Source: Bacteroidota bacterium
GTDB taxonomy: Bacteria > Bacteroidota > Bacteroidia > Chitinophagales > Chitinophagaceae
Direction: 5' to 3'
Length of the DNA: 64,000 nt
Assembly: GCA_040388705.1 (NCBI GenBank)
Contig: JAZKBI010000016.1
Location: forward strand, 13,504 to 77,503
The stretch's first letter is position 1. The number at the start of each line of letters is the position of its first letter. Of this stretch, positions 38,359 through 48,684 are shown piece after piece. The notes beneath the pieces were generated by a model, which saw only the letters and a list, made by a program, of their open reading frames with translations, was not told where the DNA came from and did no database searches. Made by a program: the position numbers and the translations under genes.

Positions 38359-39609
38359 ATGGCAAGTATCAACCTGATTGAGGCATTCCAGGAATTCAAA
38401 GACGCAGAAAATATCGATCGTCCAACCATGATGAAAGTGGTGGAAGACGTATTCAAAACATTGCTCCGTAAAAAATTCGGAAGCGATGATAATTTTGATG
38501 TGATCGTGAACGCGGAGAAAGGTGACCTTGAAATTATCCGCCGCCGAACAATTGTTGACGACGGTGAAGTGATGGATCCGTTGGCGGAAGTGGCCTATAC
38601 ACAGGCATCCAAGATAGAACCCGATTTTGAAGTGGGTGAAGAATTATACGAAGAAGTAAACATATTCGATTTCGGCCGCCGCGCTATTCTCGCCGCCAAA
38701 CAAACACTGGCCAGCCGCATCAGCGACCTGAAGAAAAATGTATTAATTAAAAAATATGGCGACCGCATCGGTGATATCATCAGCGCGGAAGTGTACCAGG
38801 TTTGGAAAAAAGAAGTGTTATTGCTGGATGAAGAAGGCAATGAACTGATCCTTCCAAAATCAGAACAGATCCCGCAGGATTATTTCAAAAAAGGGGAAAA
38901 CATCCGTGCAGTAGTTGCGCGCGTTGACCTGAAAAATAATTCACCGGTAATCATCCTTTCAAGAACAAGTCCTTTATTCCTTGCTAAATTGCTCGAAATA
39001 GAAGTACCTGAGATCTTTGACGGATTGATCGCTATCAAAAAGATCGTTCGCGATCCGGGAGAAAGGGCGAAAGTGGCCGTTGAATCATATGATGACAGGA
39101 TCGACCCGGTTGGAGCATGTGTGGGTATGAAGGGAAGCCGGATCCATGGCATTGTTCGCGAATTGAAGAATGAGAATATTGATGTGATCAATTTTACCAC
39201 CAATATCCAATTGCTGATCCAGCGTTCGTTAACGCCGGCCAAGATCAGCTATATGGAACTGGACAACGATAAGAAACATGCAGAAGTTTACCTCAAAGCC
39301 GACCAGGTTTCATTGGCTATCGGCCGCCGCGGTGTAAACATCAAACTGGCATGCGAATTGACTGGCTACGAGATCGATGTGTACCGTGAAGATGAAGAAG
39401 TGGCTGATGAATTTGATATCGATATGGATGAATTTGCAGATGAGATCGAACCATGGATCATCGAAGAATTCAAACGCATCGGTTGCGATACTGCACGCAG
39501 TATCCTGAAATTATCAGCGGAAGAGCTCGAAAGAAGGACCGACCTGGAAAAAGAAACGATCGAAGAAGTAAGAAGGATCTTGCAGGAAGAGTTTGACAGA
39601 GAGGAATAA
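38359..39609 (+). CDS. nusA: Transcription termination/antitermination factor NusA
   Basis: S1 and KH motifs: RDPGERAKVAV, DPVGACVGMKGSRI and SLAIGRRGVNIKLA. Confidence 0.98.
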   Translation: MASINLIEAFQEFKDAENIDRPTMMKVVEDVFKTLLRKKFGSDDNFDVIVNAEKGDLEIIRRRTIVDDGEVMDPLAEVAYTQASKIEPDFEVGEELYEEVNIFDFGRRAILAAKQTLASRISDLKKNVLIKKYGDRIGDIISAEVYQVWKKEVLLLDEEGNELILPKSEQIPQDYFKKGENIRAVVARVDLKNNSPVIILSRTSPLFLAKLLEIEVPEIFDGLIAIKKIVRDPGERAKVAVESYDDRIDPVGACVGMKGSRIHGIVRELKNENIDVINFTTNIQLLIQRSLTPAKISYMELDNDKKHAEVYLKADQVSLAIGRRGVNIKLACELTGYEIDVYREDEEVADEFDIDMDEFADEIEPWIIEEFKRIGCDTARSILKLSAEELERRTDLEKETIEEVRRILQEEFDREE

Positions 39610-39670
39610 GCAGCATAGAACCAACTATCTTTGTCGATAGAGAGTCGGTTGGCATAATATTAATATAAAC

Positions 39671-39723
39671 GTCCATGGACCATAGTCCATAGCCCATGGA
39701 CCATCGACTATGACCATGGACCA
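39671..39723. repeat. CCATRGN heptad tandem repeat (nusA/infB)
   Basis: CCATGGA CCATAGT CCATAGC CCATGGA CCATCGA CTATGA CCATGGA CCA. Confidence 0.8.
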
Positions 39724-39734
39724 AAAAACACTGA

Positions 39735-42689
39735 ATGTCAGAACTGAAATTACCGAGACTGTTAGCAGCCGCCAAAGAATTCAATATTGGCCAGGATACC
39801 CTGGTCGAATTTTTGGTGAAGAAAGGATTTAACCGCGATGACCTGAAGCCTACCGCAAAGCTCCAGGAGGACCAATACTATGCACTGCAGGCAGAGTTCC
39901 AGAGCGATAAAGTTGCCAAGAACAAAGCCGACCAGGTAGAGATACCCAAAGGCGCACAGGCAGAAGGCAAGAAAAAAAGAGACGAGGAAGAGATCACTTT
40001 CAGGAAAGATGAAAAGAAATCTACCCCGCCAAAAGAAGAGCCGAAACCTGCAGAACCCGCACCGGTAGTAGTGGCAGAAGTGCCGAAGCCAGAGCCAATT
40101 GTAGAAAAAGCACCTGCACCTGTTGAGGCAGAAGTTACAAAAATTGAAGCGCCGGAACTTGAAGGAACTACGGTTATCAATAAGATCGATCTGTCTGCCA
40201 TAGATTCTTCAACACGCCCGAAGAAAACGGCTAAGAAGAAAGAGGAAAAAACAGACGAGGCGCCCGCACCTGTTGCCGAAACAAAACCGGTAGCGAAACC
40301 TAAAAAGAAAGATGCTGAGCCTGTTGCAGAAGTAATTGCTCCGCCACCGGCACCGGCGCCTGTGGTAGAAGAAGAAACGGGCCCAACCATCGAGAACATC
40401 AAGGCAGAAAAATTAGAAGGCCCCAAGATCCTTGGTAAAATAGAATTGCCCATTAACAGCGATACACGTCCCAAGCCTATGGGCAGGGATGAAAAACGCA
40501 AACGCAAACGCATCCCGGTTGATAAAGCCGGCGCCCCGGGCCAACCCGGACAGGCAGGCGCAGGCGGTGGTGCACAGCGCGACCCGAATGCAAGGCCAAC
40601 CGGCCCTAATCGCCCAATCGTTCCCGCCAATAACAATAGCGGCGGACGTGATAACCGTGGCGGACAAGGCGGTGGTGGCGGATTTAACCGTGGTGGCGGA
40701 CCAGGTGGTGGCGGTAACCGCGCCGGAGGAAACCGTAGTGGTGGACCAGCAACACGTCGCGAAGACAAAGAAATCGATCAGAAAGCAATACAGGAAAAGA
40801 TCCGCGAAACGCAGGCCAAGCTTGCGGGAACCGGTGGACGTGGTAAGAGCCTCAAAGCAAAATACCGTCGTGCCAAACGTGATGAAGCTGCTGAGAACAT
40901 GGGCGATGAGGTAGTTGACAACAAACTGCAGGTAACCGAGTTTGTAACCGTGAGCGAACTCGCCAACCTGATGGATGTAAGCTTTGCCGATGTAATTGGC
41001 AAGTGTATGAACCTCGGTATCATGGTATCGATCAATCAACGCCTGGATGCGGAAGTTATTGAACTCGTGATCAGTGAATTTGGTTTTGAAGTTGAATTCA
41101 TCGGTATCGAAGATGCTGATGAACTGGAAGAATATGATGACGAAGATGGTGAAGAAGAACTCGTTCCAAGACCGCCGATCGTAACCATCATGGGTCACGT
41201 GGATCATGGTAAAACATCTTTGCTCGATTATATCCGTAGTGCTAACGTAGTAGCGGGTGAGGCCGGTGGTATCACACAACACATCGGTGCCTACGAGGTA
41301 ACCTTACCAAATGGTAAAGCGATCACCTTCCTTGATACACCGGGTCACGAAGCGTTTACCGCGATGCGTGCACGTGGTGCGAAAGTGACGGATATCGCGA
41401 TCATCGTGGTTGCTGCAGACGATGCGGTGATGCCACAGACCAAAGAAGCCATCAGCCACGCACAGGCTGCGGGTGTACCGATGATCTTTGCGGTGAATAA
41501 AATTGATAAAGACGGCGCACAGCCGCAGAAAATATACGAGCAGTTATCACAGATGAATATCCTCGTGGAAGCATGGGGCGGTAAATTCCAGAACCAGGAG
41601 CTCTCTGCCAAACAGGGATTGAATGTGGATCTGTTGCTCGAGAAAGTATTGCTCGAAGCAGAAGTATTAGATCTGAAAGCCAATCCTGAAAGAGAAGGAA
41701 GCGGAACCATTATTGAAGCATCTTTAGATAAGGGCCGCGGTTATGTAGCCACCATCCTTGTACAGAACGGAACCCTGCGCCAGGGCGACCTGATCGTTTC
41801 AGGCCAGAATTACGGACGTGTAAAAGCGATGTTCAATGAGCGTAACCAGCGTATTGAAGAAGCGCCGCCATCAACACCTGTTGTGATATTGGGATTGAAC
41901 GGTGCCCCACAGGCCGGTGAAAAATTCCGCGTGTTTGAAGATGAGGCAGAAGCAAAAGAAACAGCTACTAAACGTGCACAGTTACTGCGTGAGCAGGGAT
42001 TGCGTGCGAGAAAACATATTACGTTGGATGAGATCGGCCGTCGTTTGGCGCTCGGTAACTTTAAAGAACTCAACGTCATCATTAAAGGTGATGTGGATGG
42101 ATCTGTAGAGGCATTGAGCGATTCATTGCAGAAGTTATCAACCGAAGAGATCGCGATACGCGTGGTACACAAAGGCGTTGGACAGATCTCTGAGAGTGAT
42201 GTATTGCTGGCAACAGCATCTGATGCAATCATTATCGGGTTCAACGTGCGTCCTTCGATGCAGGCAAATAAACTGTCTGAAACAGAAGGCGTGGAGATCA
42301 AATTATACTCCATCATTTACCAGGCGATCGACGAGATCAAGAGCGCGATGGAAGGTATGCTTGAACCGAAATTACAGGAGAAGATCACTGCCAACGTGGA
42401 AGTTCGCGAAGTGTACAAATTTGATAAGGCCACCGTTGCCGGATGTTTTGTACTCGAAGGAAAGATCGCGCGTAACAGCAAGATCCGTATCATCCGTGAT
42501 GGTATCGTTGAATATCCAAAAGGCGAAGGCGCCAGCGCAGAACTGGGCAGCCTGAAACGTTTCAAAGACGATGCAAAAGAAGTAGCATCCAACATGGAAT
42601 GCGGATTGACCATCAAGAATTACAATGATATTAAGGTTGGCGATATAGTGGAAGCGTTTGAGGAAGAGGAAGTGAAGAGAACATTGTAG
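39735..42689 (+). CDS. infB: Translation initiation factor IF-2
   Basis: [30 protein letters not shown] and NKIDK, after a long low-complexity N-terminus. Confidence 0.99.
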   Translation: MSELKLPRLLAAAKEFNIGQDTLVEFLVKKGFNRDDLKPTAKLQEDQYYALQAEFQSDKVAKNKADQVEIPKGAQAEGKKKRDEEEITFRKDEKKSTPPKEEPKPAEPAPVVVAEVPKPEPIVEKAPAPVEAEVTKIEAPELEGTTVINKIDLSAIDSSTRPKKTAKKKEEKTDEAPAPVAETKPVAKPKKKDAEPVAEVIAPPPAPAPVVEEETGPTIENIKAEKLEGPKILGKIELPINSDTRPKPMGRDEKRKRKRIPVDKAGAPGQPGQAGAGGGAQRDPNARPTGPNRPIVPANNNSGGRDNRGGQGGGGGFNRGGGPGGGGNRAGGNRSGGPATRREDKEIDQKAIQEKIRETQAKLAGTGGRGKSLKAKYRRAKRDEAAENMGDEVVDNKLQVTEFVTVSELANLMDVSFADVIGKCMNLGIMVSINQRLDAEVIELVISEFGFEVEFIGIEDADELEEYDDEDGEEELVPRPPIVTIMGHVDHGKTSLLDYIRSANVVAGEAGGITQHIGAYEVTLPNGKAITFLDTPGHEAFTAMRARGAKVTDIAIIVVAADDAVMPQTKEAISHAQAAGVPMIFAVNKIDKDGAQPQKIYEQLSQMNILVEAWGGKFQNQELSAKQGLNVDLLLEKVLLEAEVLDLKANPEREGSGTIIEASLDKGRGYVATILVQNGTLRQGDLIVSGQNYGRVKAMFNERNQRIEEAPPSTPVVILGLNGAPQAGEKFRVFEDEAEAKETATKRAQLLREQGLRARKHITLDEIGRRLALGNFKELNVIIKGDVDGSVEALSDSLQKLSTEEIAIRVVHKGVGQISESDVLLATASDAIIIGFNVRPSMQANKLSETEGVEIKLYSIIYQAIDEIKSAMEGMLEPKLQEKITANVEVREVYKFDKATVAGCFVLEGKIARNSKIRIIRDGIVEYPKGEGASAELGSLKRFKDDAKEVASNMECGLTIKNYNDIKVGDIVEAFEEEEVKRTL

Positions 42690-42696
42690 AAAGCCA

Positions 42697-42811
42697 GCTA
42701 CGAGCTTTGAGCCGTGAGCTGCGAGCTATTAGGGAGAAGGTATAGACGGCGAAAACTGTTTATACCTTTTGCGTTCAAAGGCTCACAGCTCATGGCTCAT
42801 AGCTCACAGCT
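42697..42811. repeat. GAGCTNN heptad inverted repeat, copy 3 (infB/surA)
   Basis: AGCTAC GAGCTTT GAGCCGT GAGCTGC GAGCTAT ... GGCTC ACAGCTC ATGGCTC ATAGCTC ACAGCT. Confidence 0.85.
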
Positions 42812-42885
42812 TATTTTTTGTTAAAAGCCTTAACTACCCAACAAAAACAACACCGAATAACTATTTTTGACTGATATAGAAACTT

Positions 42886-44298
42886 ATGAAGAAGCTTATA
42901 TTCTCTCTTATCGTGCTTGGATTAGGTGCAGCCGTTACAGGATCTGCGCAGGTGAAAAAAGTGGTGGCCGATAAGATCGTTGGACAGGTGGGTGATAAGA
43001 TCATCCTTCAGTCTGATATCAAGAATGCCATGGATGATATCAAGAGAAATGCTGCCGGCCAGGAAAATATTATTCTTCCTACCGAATGCCAGATCATGGA
43101 AGGACAGTTGATCCGCAAGGCGCTGATCCTGCAGGCACAGAAAGATTCGCTGCATGTAAGCGATGAGGAACTGGATGGAGATCTTGAAAACCAGATCCGT
43201 TACATGATCCGTCAATATGGATCAAAAGATGTGCTGGAAGAGATCGCGGGCAAAACGGTTTACCAGATCAAGGAAGATTTCAGGGATAATTTCCGCGACA
43301 GGAAATTATCAGAGCAGATGCAGAACAAGATCGTTGAATCGATCAAAATCACTCCTACAGAAGTAAAAGCATATTACAGTAAGATCCCGAAAGACAGTTT
43401 GCCTTTCTATGAAAGCGAGATCGAACTAAGCGAGATCGTTATCCATCCAAAAGCAAATAAGGACGTAGAAGAATACGTATCCAAACAATTATACGATTAC
43501 AAAAAACAGGTAGAAGCACAGGGCCCGAAAAAGTTTGACCAGTTGGCCAAACTCTATAGTGAAGATCCGGGTGTAAAGGAAAATGGCGGCCAGTACACGT
43601 TGAACAGGAATGATAAGAATGTATGGGATCCGGCGTTTCTGCAAGCCGCGTTTAAATTGAAAGAAGGGCAGATCTCACCAGTGATCAAATCACAATTTGG
43701 ACTGCATATTATTATGATGGTGAGCCGCTCGGGTGATGAAGCGGTGGTAAAACATATTCTTCGCATTCCGCCGGTAACCGAAGACGAGATCAATGAAACA
43801 AAACAATTGCTGGATAGTGTTCGCCGGAAACTGGTGGACGGATCTTTAAGTTTTGGTGCTGCCGTTAGCAAATACAGTGACGATAAGAACAGCAAATTCA
43901 GCGCGGGTTCAAAAACCGGAAGGGATCCTGTAACAGGCGCCGCAACTACTTTTCTCACCATTGACCAGCTCGACAAAGACATAGTTGTTTTCCTTAAGGA
44001 CCTGAAGCCGGGTAGCTATTCTGTTCCGCAGGTAGCGAAAGACGAGCAGAATGGCCAGATCGTACGTATTCTTTATTTGCGAAACCGCACCGAGCCACAC
44101 CGCGAGAACTTGAAAGAAGATTATGACCGCGTTGCTAAACGTGCATTGGAAGGAAAGAAAACCGGCGCGCTCGAAAAATGGTTTAAGGATCATATCCCCA
44201 CCTATTTCATTTCTATTGATAAACAATTTGCTTCATGCAGCAGCCTGGACGAGTGGAGAAATGCTGCGGCGGGTTCTGCGCAGGCAAGAAATAATTAA
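42886..44298 (+). CDS. surA: SurA-like periplasmic peptidyl-prolyl isomerase
   Basis: Signal peptide, VADKIVGQVGDKIILQSD and two parvulin domains (LAKLYSEDPG, SQFGLHII). Confidence 0.85.
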   Translation: MKKLIFSLIVLGLGAAVTGSAQVKKVVADKIVGQVGDKIILQSDIKNAMDDIKRNAAGQENIILPTECQIMEGQLIRKALILQAQKDSLHVSDEELDGDLENQIRYMIRQYGSKDVLEEIAGKTVYQIKEDFRDNFRDRKLSEQMQNKIVESIKITPTEVKAYYSKIPKDSLPFYESEIELSEIVIHPKANKDVEEYVSKQLYDYKKQVEAQGPKKFDQLAKLYSEDPGVKENGGQYTLNRNDKNVWDPAFLQAAFKLKEGQISPVIKSQFGLHIIMMVSRSGDEAVVKHILRIPPVTEDEINETKQLLDSVRRKLVDGSLSFGAAVSKYSDDKNSKFSAGSKTGRDPVTGAATTFLTIDQLDKDIVVFLKDLKPGSYSVPQVAKDEQNGQIVRILYLRNRTEPHRENLKEDYDRVAKRALEGKKTGALEKWFKDHIPTYFISIDKQFASCSSLDEWRNAAAGSAQARNN

Positions 44299-44323
44299 GC
44301 GAACCTGGTAGCATAAATAATGG

Positions 44324-44353
44324 ATCCCGTGCTTTTGTGGTACGGGATTTTTT
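44324..44353 (+). terminator. Terminator after surA-like gene
   Basis: ATCCCGTGC-loop-GTACGGGAT followed by a T-run. Confidence 0.55.
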
Positions 44354-44370
44354 GTGCCCGGCCTTCTTTG

Positions 44371-44464
44371 ATTTTGAAATTTTGGAATTGGGAAATTGGG
44401 AAATTTCTTTCGGTTCCCGCACTCGAAACAATTCCAAAATCTCCCAATTCCAAAATTTCAAAAT
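44371..44464. repeat. TTGGGAAA/TTTCCCAA octad inverted repeat, copy 1
   Basis: Arms ATTTTGAAATTTTGGAATTGGGAAATT and AATCTCCCAATTCCAAAATTTCAAAAT (1 mismatch in 27). Confidence 0.85.
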
Positions 44465-44515
44465 GGCTCCGAAAATAAATTTGGTAAATTGAATGTATAT
44501 ACATACATTTGTGTT

Positions 44516-44986
44516 GTGAAATTAGAACAGGCCATACAAAGTACAAAATTCAAAAGCGAAGTGCAGAAGGCAGGGTTAAATATATTGTATACGGCCTGGT
44601 GGCTGAAAACGGTAATCAGCAAGGAGTTGAAAGAATTTGGTTTAACGCATGAGCAGTACAATGTGCTCCGGATCCTGAAAGGAAAATACCCCGAACAGAT
44701 GTGTGTAAGGGATATCGCCTGCCGCATGATCGAAAAAAGCTCAAACGTGCCGCGAATCATTGACAGGCTGGAGTTAAAAAAACTGGTAAAGCGTTCTACG
44801 TCCGCCCTCGATAAACGGGAAACAGTGATCACGCTAACGCAGGGTGGCATAAGTATTTTAGATGCATCAACGATCATGGTGAACAACATAACAGACGAGT
44901 TGCTGGCCATCACAGAAAAAGATGCCGGACACTTAAACCTGTTACTTGAAAAAGTAAGAGCAACCGAAAAAAACCTAGTTCCATAG
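44516..44986 (+). CDS. MarR family transcriptional regulator
   Basis: GLTHEQYNVLRILKG, SNVPRIIDRLE.K.LV.R and DKRETVITLT. GTG start at 44516 follows TACATTTG (44504-11); the track's upstream extension runs through the repeat. Confidence 0.92.
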   Translation: MKLEQAIQSTKFKSEVQKAGLNILYTAWWLKTVISKELKEFGLTHEQYNVLRILKGKYPEQMCVRDIACRMIEKSSNVPRIIDRLELKKLVKRSTSALDKRETVITLTQGGISILDASTIMVNNITDELLAITEKDAGHLNLLLEKVRATEKNLVP

Positions 44987-45052
44987 GGACGCCATATCGG
45001 GAGCCGATTTTTTTTGAAAAAATAGGTGTATATACACGTAAAAATAAACATT

Positions 45053-45772
45053 ATGAAAACGATATTACATAAAGCAAACACAAGAGGCCACGCCAATCAC
45101 GGCTGGCTCAACAGTTACCATAGTTTCAGTTTTGCGGAATACCACAATCCTGAACGCAACCATTTCGGCGCATTGCGTGTGTTGAATGATGATACGGTTT
45201 CTAAAGGAATGGGTTTTGGTAAACATCCGCATGAGAACATGGAGATCGTATCGATACCCTTATCTGGCGACCTGCACCACAAAGACAGTACAGGAAGAGA
45301 TGAGATCATTCGTGAAAATGATGTGCAGATCATGAGCGCCGGAAGCGGTATCGCACACAGCGAAACAAATGCGAATAACGATAGAGACGTAAAATTTTTA
45401 CAACTCTGGGTTTTTCCAAAAGAAAGAAATATTGAACCCCGTTATGAACAGAAAACATTCAAACCCGAAGACAGGTTAAATAAAATATTAACCGTTGTTG
45501 CACCTGATGATCAAAATGCAGTATGGATCAACCAGGATGCATGGTTTTCTCTCGGCAATTTTTCAAAAGATTTTATGGCAACCTATCAATTGCATAAAGA
45601 AGGCAATGGCGTGTATGCATTTGTCCTGAACGGAAATGTAACCATCAATGATCAGGCACTTGAAGCACGCGATGGATTCGGTGTTTCGGAGACAGATGCG
45701 ATCAACATCAAAGCCGACAGCGATGCTGAAATATTATTGGTAGAAGTACCCATGCAAATAAAAGGAGTGTAA
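45053..45772 (+). CDS. Pirin family protein (YhhW-like)
   Basis: RGHANHGWL, FGALRVLNDD, GFGKHPHENMEI and QIMSAGSGIAHSE. Confidence 0.93.
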   Translation: MKTILHKANTRGHANHGWLNSYHSFSFAEYHNPERNHFGALRVLNDDTVSKGMGFGKHPHENMEIVSIPLSGDLHHKDSTGRDEIIRENDVQIMSAGSGIAHSETNANNDRDVKFLQLWVFPKERNIEPRYEQKTFKPEDRLNKILTVVAPDDQNAVWINQDAWFSLGNFSKDFMATYQLHKEGNGVYAFVLNGNVTINDQALEARDGFGVSETDAINIKADSDAEILLVEVPMQIKGV

Positions 45773-45774
45773 TT

Positions 45775-46647
45775 ATGAAAACGAACAGAACTATCAAAAG
45801 CATTTTATATGCGCAGCCAATGGATATGGGCGGCATGCCCATCAGGCAACCGTTCCCTTCTCACAAAGCTGAACAGGTAGATCCGTTTTTATTACTGCAT
45901 CATGCAGATATAAAAGTGCCAACGCGTGTTGATACAAAACATGCAGGTGTTGGGCCACACCCGCACCGCGGATTTTCTCCTGTGAGTTTTATTTTCAAAG
46001 GAGGCGTTCATCACCGTGATAGTCGCGGGAACAACAATATTGTTTATGCTGGCGGCACACAATGGATGAATGCAGGGATGGGTGTGATACACAGCGAACG
46101 GCCCCCTGAAGATATTCATGAGATCGGCGGAAGACAGGAGTTGATCCAGTTATGGGTAAACACACCTGCCAAACATAAAATGGATGCACCCAACTATCAA
46201 CCGTTGACCGCGGAAGAAACGCCGGTTGTTAATTCTGCAGACCAACTCACTTCAGTGAATGTGATCGCGGGAGAATTGAATGGTGTGAAAGGCCCGGTCA
46301 AAACATTGTCATCCGTAAATACTTTCACAGCAACGATGAAGAAAGGAGCGAAATTCTTTTTCGAAGTTCCATCAACACACAATGCTTTTATCTATATCAT
46401 GGATGGAAAAGTAAATGTAACCGGCGACGGCGAAGTGGATGGTAAATACGTAGCCGTATTCAATAATGACGGCGAAGGATTTGAACTCGAAGCGCTGGAA
46501 GACACCCAGTTCTTCATCGGAACCGGTGAACCACTCAATGAACCTGTTGCCTCCCACGGCCCGTTTGTAATGAACAGCCAGACGGAATTAATGGAAGCAT
46601 TTCGTGATTACCAGGTGGGGAAGATGGGGGTGTTGATTGAAGAATAA
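45775..46647 (+). CDS. Pirin family protein (second paralog)
   Basis: DPFLLLHH, GPHPHRGF, QWMNAGMGVIHSE and GPFVMN. Confidence 0.93.
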   Translation: MKTNRTIKSILYAQPMDMGGMPIRQPFPSHKAEQVDPFLLLHHADIKVPTRVDTKHAGVGPHPHRGFSPVSFIFKGGVHHRDSRGNNNIVYAGGTQWMNAGMGVIHSERPPEDIHEIGGRQELIQLWVNTPAKHKMDAPNYQPLTAEETPVVNSADQLTSVNVIAGELNGVKGPVKTLSSVNTFTATMKKGAKFFFEVPSTHNAFIYIMDGKVNVTGDGEVDGKYVAVFNNDGEGFELEALEDTQFFIGTGEPLNEPVASHGPFVMNSQTELMEAFRDYQVGKMGVLIEE

Positions 46648-46657
46648 GAACAAAGCA

Positions 46658-46770
46658 CGTCATTTCGAGGAGGAACGACGAGAAAACTCATCACGAGAAA
46701 TGAGCTTTTAAGAAGAAATCTACTAAACGAGATGAGGTTTCTCACGATGCTTCGCTCGTTCGAAATGACG
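46658..46770. repeat. GTCATT..GAG-type REP-like element
   Basis: Outer arms CGTCATTTCGA and TCGAAATGACG; inner arms GAGAAAACTCATC and GATGAGGTTTCTC. Confidence 0.75.
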
Positions 46771-46801
46771 AAAAATATTAAACAACCTAAAAACAAATAA
46801 A

Positions 46802-47329
46802 ATGTCAACTTACAAAATCGATGCAGCACACAGTGAAATTACTTTTAAAGTAAAACACTTAATGATCACCAACGTAACAGGTAGCTTTACAAAATTTGAT
46901 GCCACCATGGAAAGCGAAGCCGCTGATTTCAGCGATGCTAAAATTTCTTTTGAAGCAGATGTGAACAGCATCTCTACCAACAATGAACAGCGTGATGGAC
47001 ACTTAAAGAGCGATGATTTTTTCGCTGCTGAAAAATTTCCAAAGCTCAGCTTCATATCAAAGAGCTTCACAAAAAAGAGTGATAACGAATACACCTTAAC
47101 CGGCGACCTTACTATCCGTGATCATACAAAAACAGTTGAATTGAGCGTGGAGCATGGTGGTACCGCAACCGATCCTTACGGCCAGGTAAAATCAGGATTC
47201 GAGATCAATGGTAAGATCAACCGGAAAGATTTTGGATTAACCTGGGGTGCAGTAACAGAAGCAGGCGGTGTTGTGGTGAGTGATGAAGTGAAACTGCATT
47301 TGAATGTGCAGATGATCAAGCAGGCGTAA
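46802..47329 (+). CDS. YceI family lipid/polyisoprenoid-binding protein
   Basis: YKIDAAHSEITFKVKHLMI, RDGHLKSDDFF and INRKDFGLTW. Confidence 0.93.
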   Translation: MSTYKIDAAHSEITFKVKHLMITNVTGSFTKFDATMESEAADFSDAKISFEADVNSISTNNEQRDGHLKSDDFFAAEKFPKLSFISKSFTKKSDNEYTLTGDLTIRDHTKTVELSVEHGGTATDPYGQVKSGFEINGKINRKDFGLTWGAVTEAGGVVVSDEVKLHLNVQMIKQA

Positions 47330-47350
47330 CTGGTAGTTGAGCAGCAAGTC

Positions 47351-47435
47351 CGTCATTGCGAGGCACGAAGCAATCTGTGTCTCAACGTGCAGTCTGTTAT
47401 TCGAAACACAGACTGCTTCGTGCCTCGCAGTGACG
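47351..47435. repeat. GTCATTGCGAG-type REP-like element
   Basis: 30-bp arms CGTCATTGCGAGGCACGAAGCAATCTGTGT and ACACAGACTGCTTCGTGCCTCGCAGTGACG (2 mismatches). Confidence 0.85.
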
Positions 47436-47461
47436 TACCTTTCCTATTCAACATAGTTCCC

Positions 47462-47842
47462 ATGACAACCGCCACCATCGCTTCCGCCAACTACACCGTA
47501 AAACTGCAGAATGGCAGACACGAATTCTTATCAGATGAACCGTTAGAAAAAGAAGGAGCAGATGCTGGTCCCGCACCGGATGAATTGCTGGAAGCTTCGC
47601 TGGCCAGTTGTACCGCCATTACTTTGCGCATGTATGCTGAACGAAAAAAATGGCCTGTAGCAGAAATTGAAGTAACCGTAACCCTTGAAAGAGTGGAAAA
47701 GAAAACCATCTTTACTAAATCGATCAGGGTAAATGGCGAGATTGATGATACACAAAGGCAACGCCTGTTAGAGATAGCCGAATTGTGCCCGGTTTCAAGA
47801 ACCTTGCGGGGTGAAGTGGAGATCAACGGAAATATTTCCTGA
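47462..47842 (+). CDS. OsmC/YhfA family protein
   Basis: SDEP...GAD.GPAPDELLEASLASCTAITLRMYA and LEIAELCPVSRTL. Start placed at ATG 47462, downstream of the repeat. Confidence 0.9.
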   Translation: MTTATIASANYTVKLQNGRHEFLSDEPLEKEGADAGPAPDELLEASLASCTAITLRMYAERKKWPVAEIEVTVTLERVEKKTIFTKSIRVNGEIDDTQRQRLLEIAELCPVSRTLRGEVEINGNIS

Positions 47843-47912
47843 TATCATAAAGCAGGAGATTGTAGCTGGTGAACAAAGAGTAATAATACATGTTATTTAT
47901 ATCAGGCGATTC

Positions 47913-48011
47913 TCTCTGTGCAACTCCGTGTTCTCTGTGTCTCTGTGGTGAAAAAATATCGAAGCGAAAACTTCACCACAGAGACACAGAGAACACGGAG
48001 CTACACAGAGA
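47913..48011. repeat. CACCACAGAGACACAGAG-type inverted repeat
   Basis: Perfect 29-bp arms CTCCGTGTTCTCTGTGTCTCTGTGGTGAA (47924-52) and TTCACCACAGAGACACAGAGAACACGGAG (47972-48000). Confidence 0.88.
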
Positions 48012-48067
48012 TTTCACTAAACAAATGGTGATAGTAAACAAAAAATATCCGGTTAATCGGAGTGAGT

Positions 48068-48631
48068 ATGAATATAGAGATCATATCAGGCAGCCCTAAA
48101 AAAGACAGCACCTCAAACCGGGTGGCGGTTTTTTTACAAAAATATCTTTCAGAAAAAACGCATCATACGATTAACATTATTGACGTGCGCGACTGGAACC
48201 TGCCCTTATTACAACAGGTTTTTACCAGCGAGGAAAAGGCACCCGATGCATTTAAGCCGTTAGCTAAACGAATGTTTGCCGCAGATGCTTTTATACTGGT
48301 GTCGCCGGAATACAATGGCAGCTATTCGCCGGCCCTGCAAAACCTGCTTGACCATTTTCCAAAGCAGAGCCATAAGGCATTCGGTATTGTAACGGCTTCG
48401 GCCGGGCCAATGGGTGGGATGCGGTCAACACAGCAATTGCTGCTGCTGATACCGGCGCTTTTTGGTATCGCATCTCCGCATATGCTGGTAACGCCTTTGG
48501 TGGATAAGAAATTTGATGCCGAGGGAAACCTGATCGACCCTGTTTTCCAGGCCAACATCGACAATTTTGTTAAAGAATTCCTGTGGCTGGCGCAGACCCT
48601 GCACCTGGAACTGGAAACTGTATATAATTAA
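48068..48631 (+). CDS. NAD(P)H-dependent FMN reductase (flavodoxin-like)
   Basis: IISGSP, ADAFILVSPEYNGSYSPALQNLLDH and SAGPMGG.RS. Confidence 0.92.
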   Translation: MNIEIISGSPKKDSTSNRVAVFLQKYLSEKTHHTINIIDVRDWNLPLLQQVFTSEEKAPDAFKPLAKRMFAADAFILVSPEYNGSYSPALQNLLDHFPKQSHKAFGIVTASAGPMGGMRSTQQLLLLIPALFGIASPHMLVTPLVDKKFDAEGNLIDPVFQANIDNFVKEFLWLAQTLHLELETVYN

Positions 48632-48642
48632 CGATAAAAAAT

Positions 48643-48674
48643 GTGGCGGAGTTGTAACTTCGCCACTTCTTTTT
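48643..48674 (+). terminator. Terminator between the FMN reductase and purF
   Basis: GTGGCGGAG-TTGTAA-CTTCGCCAC-TTCTTTTT. Confidence 0.6.
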
Positions 48675-48684
48675 AATAACTACC

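Noticed and set aside
39735-41000. Gly/Arg- and Pro/Glu-rich IF-2 N-terminus and absence of rbfA after infB
   Set aside because: Variable disordered IF-2 N-termini are normal, and rbfA is commonly unlinked in Bacteroidota.
39878-42616. Long antisense and alternate-frame ORFs over infB (296, 289, 168 and 141 aa, among others)
   Set aside because: They are shadows of low-complexity, GC-biased IF-2 codons and have no family motifs of their own.
44213-44546. ORFs such as MKFWNWEILE, the MarR N-terminal extension from 44396, and 50537-50752
   Set aside because: These are translations of the octad repeats; better starts with promoters exist downstream.
47387-48099. N-terminal extension of OsmC (47387) and ORF 47890-48099
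   Set aside because: Both read through REP-like elements; OsmC homology starts at ATG 47462.
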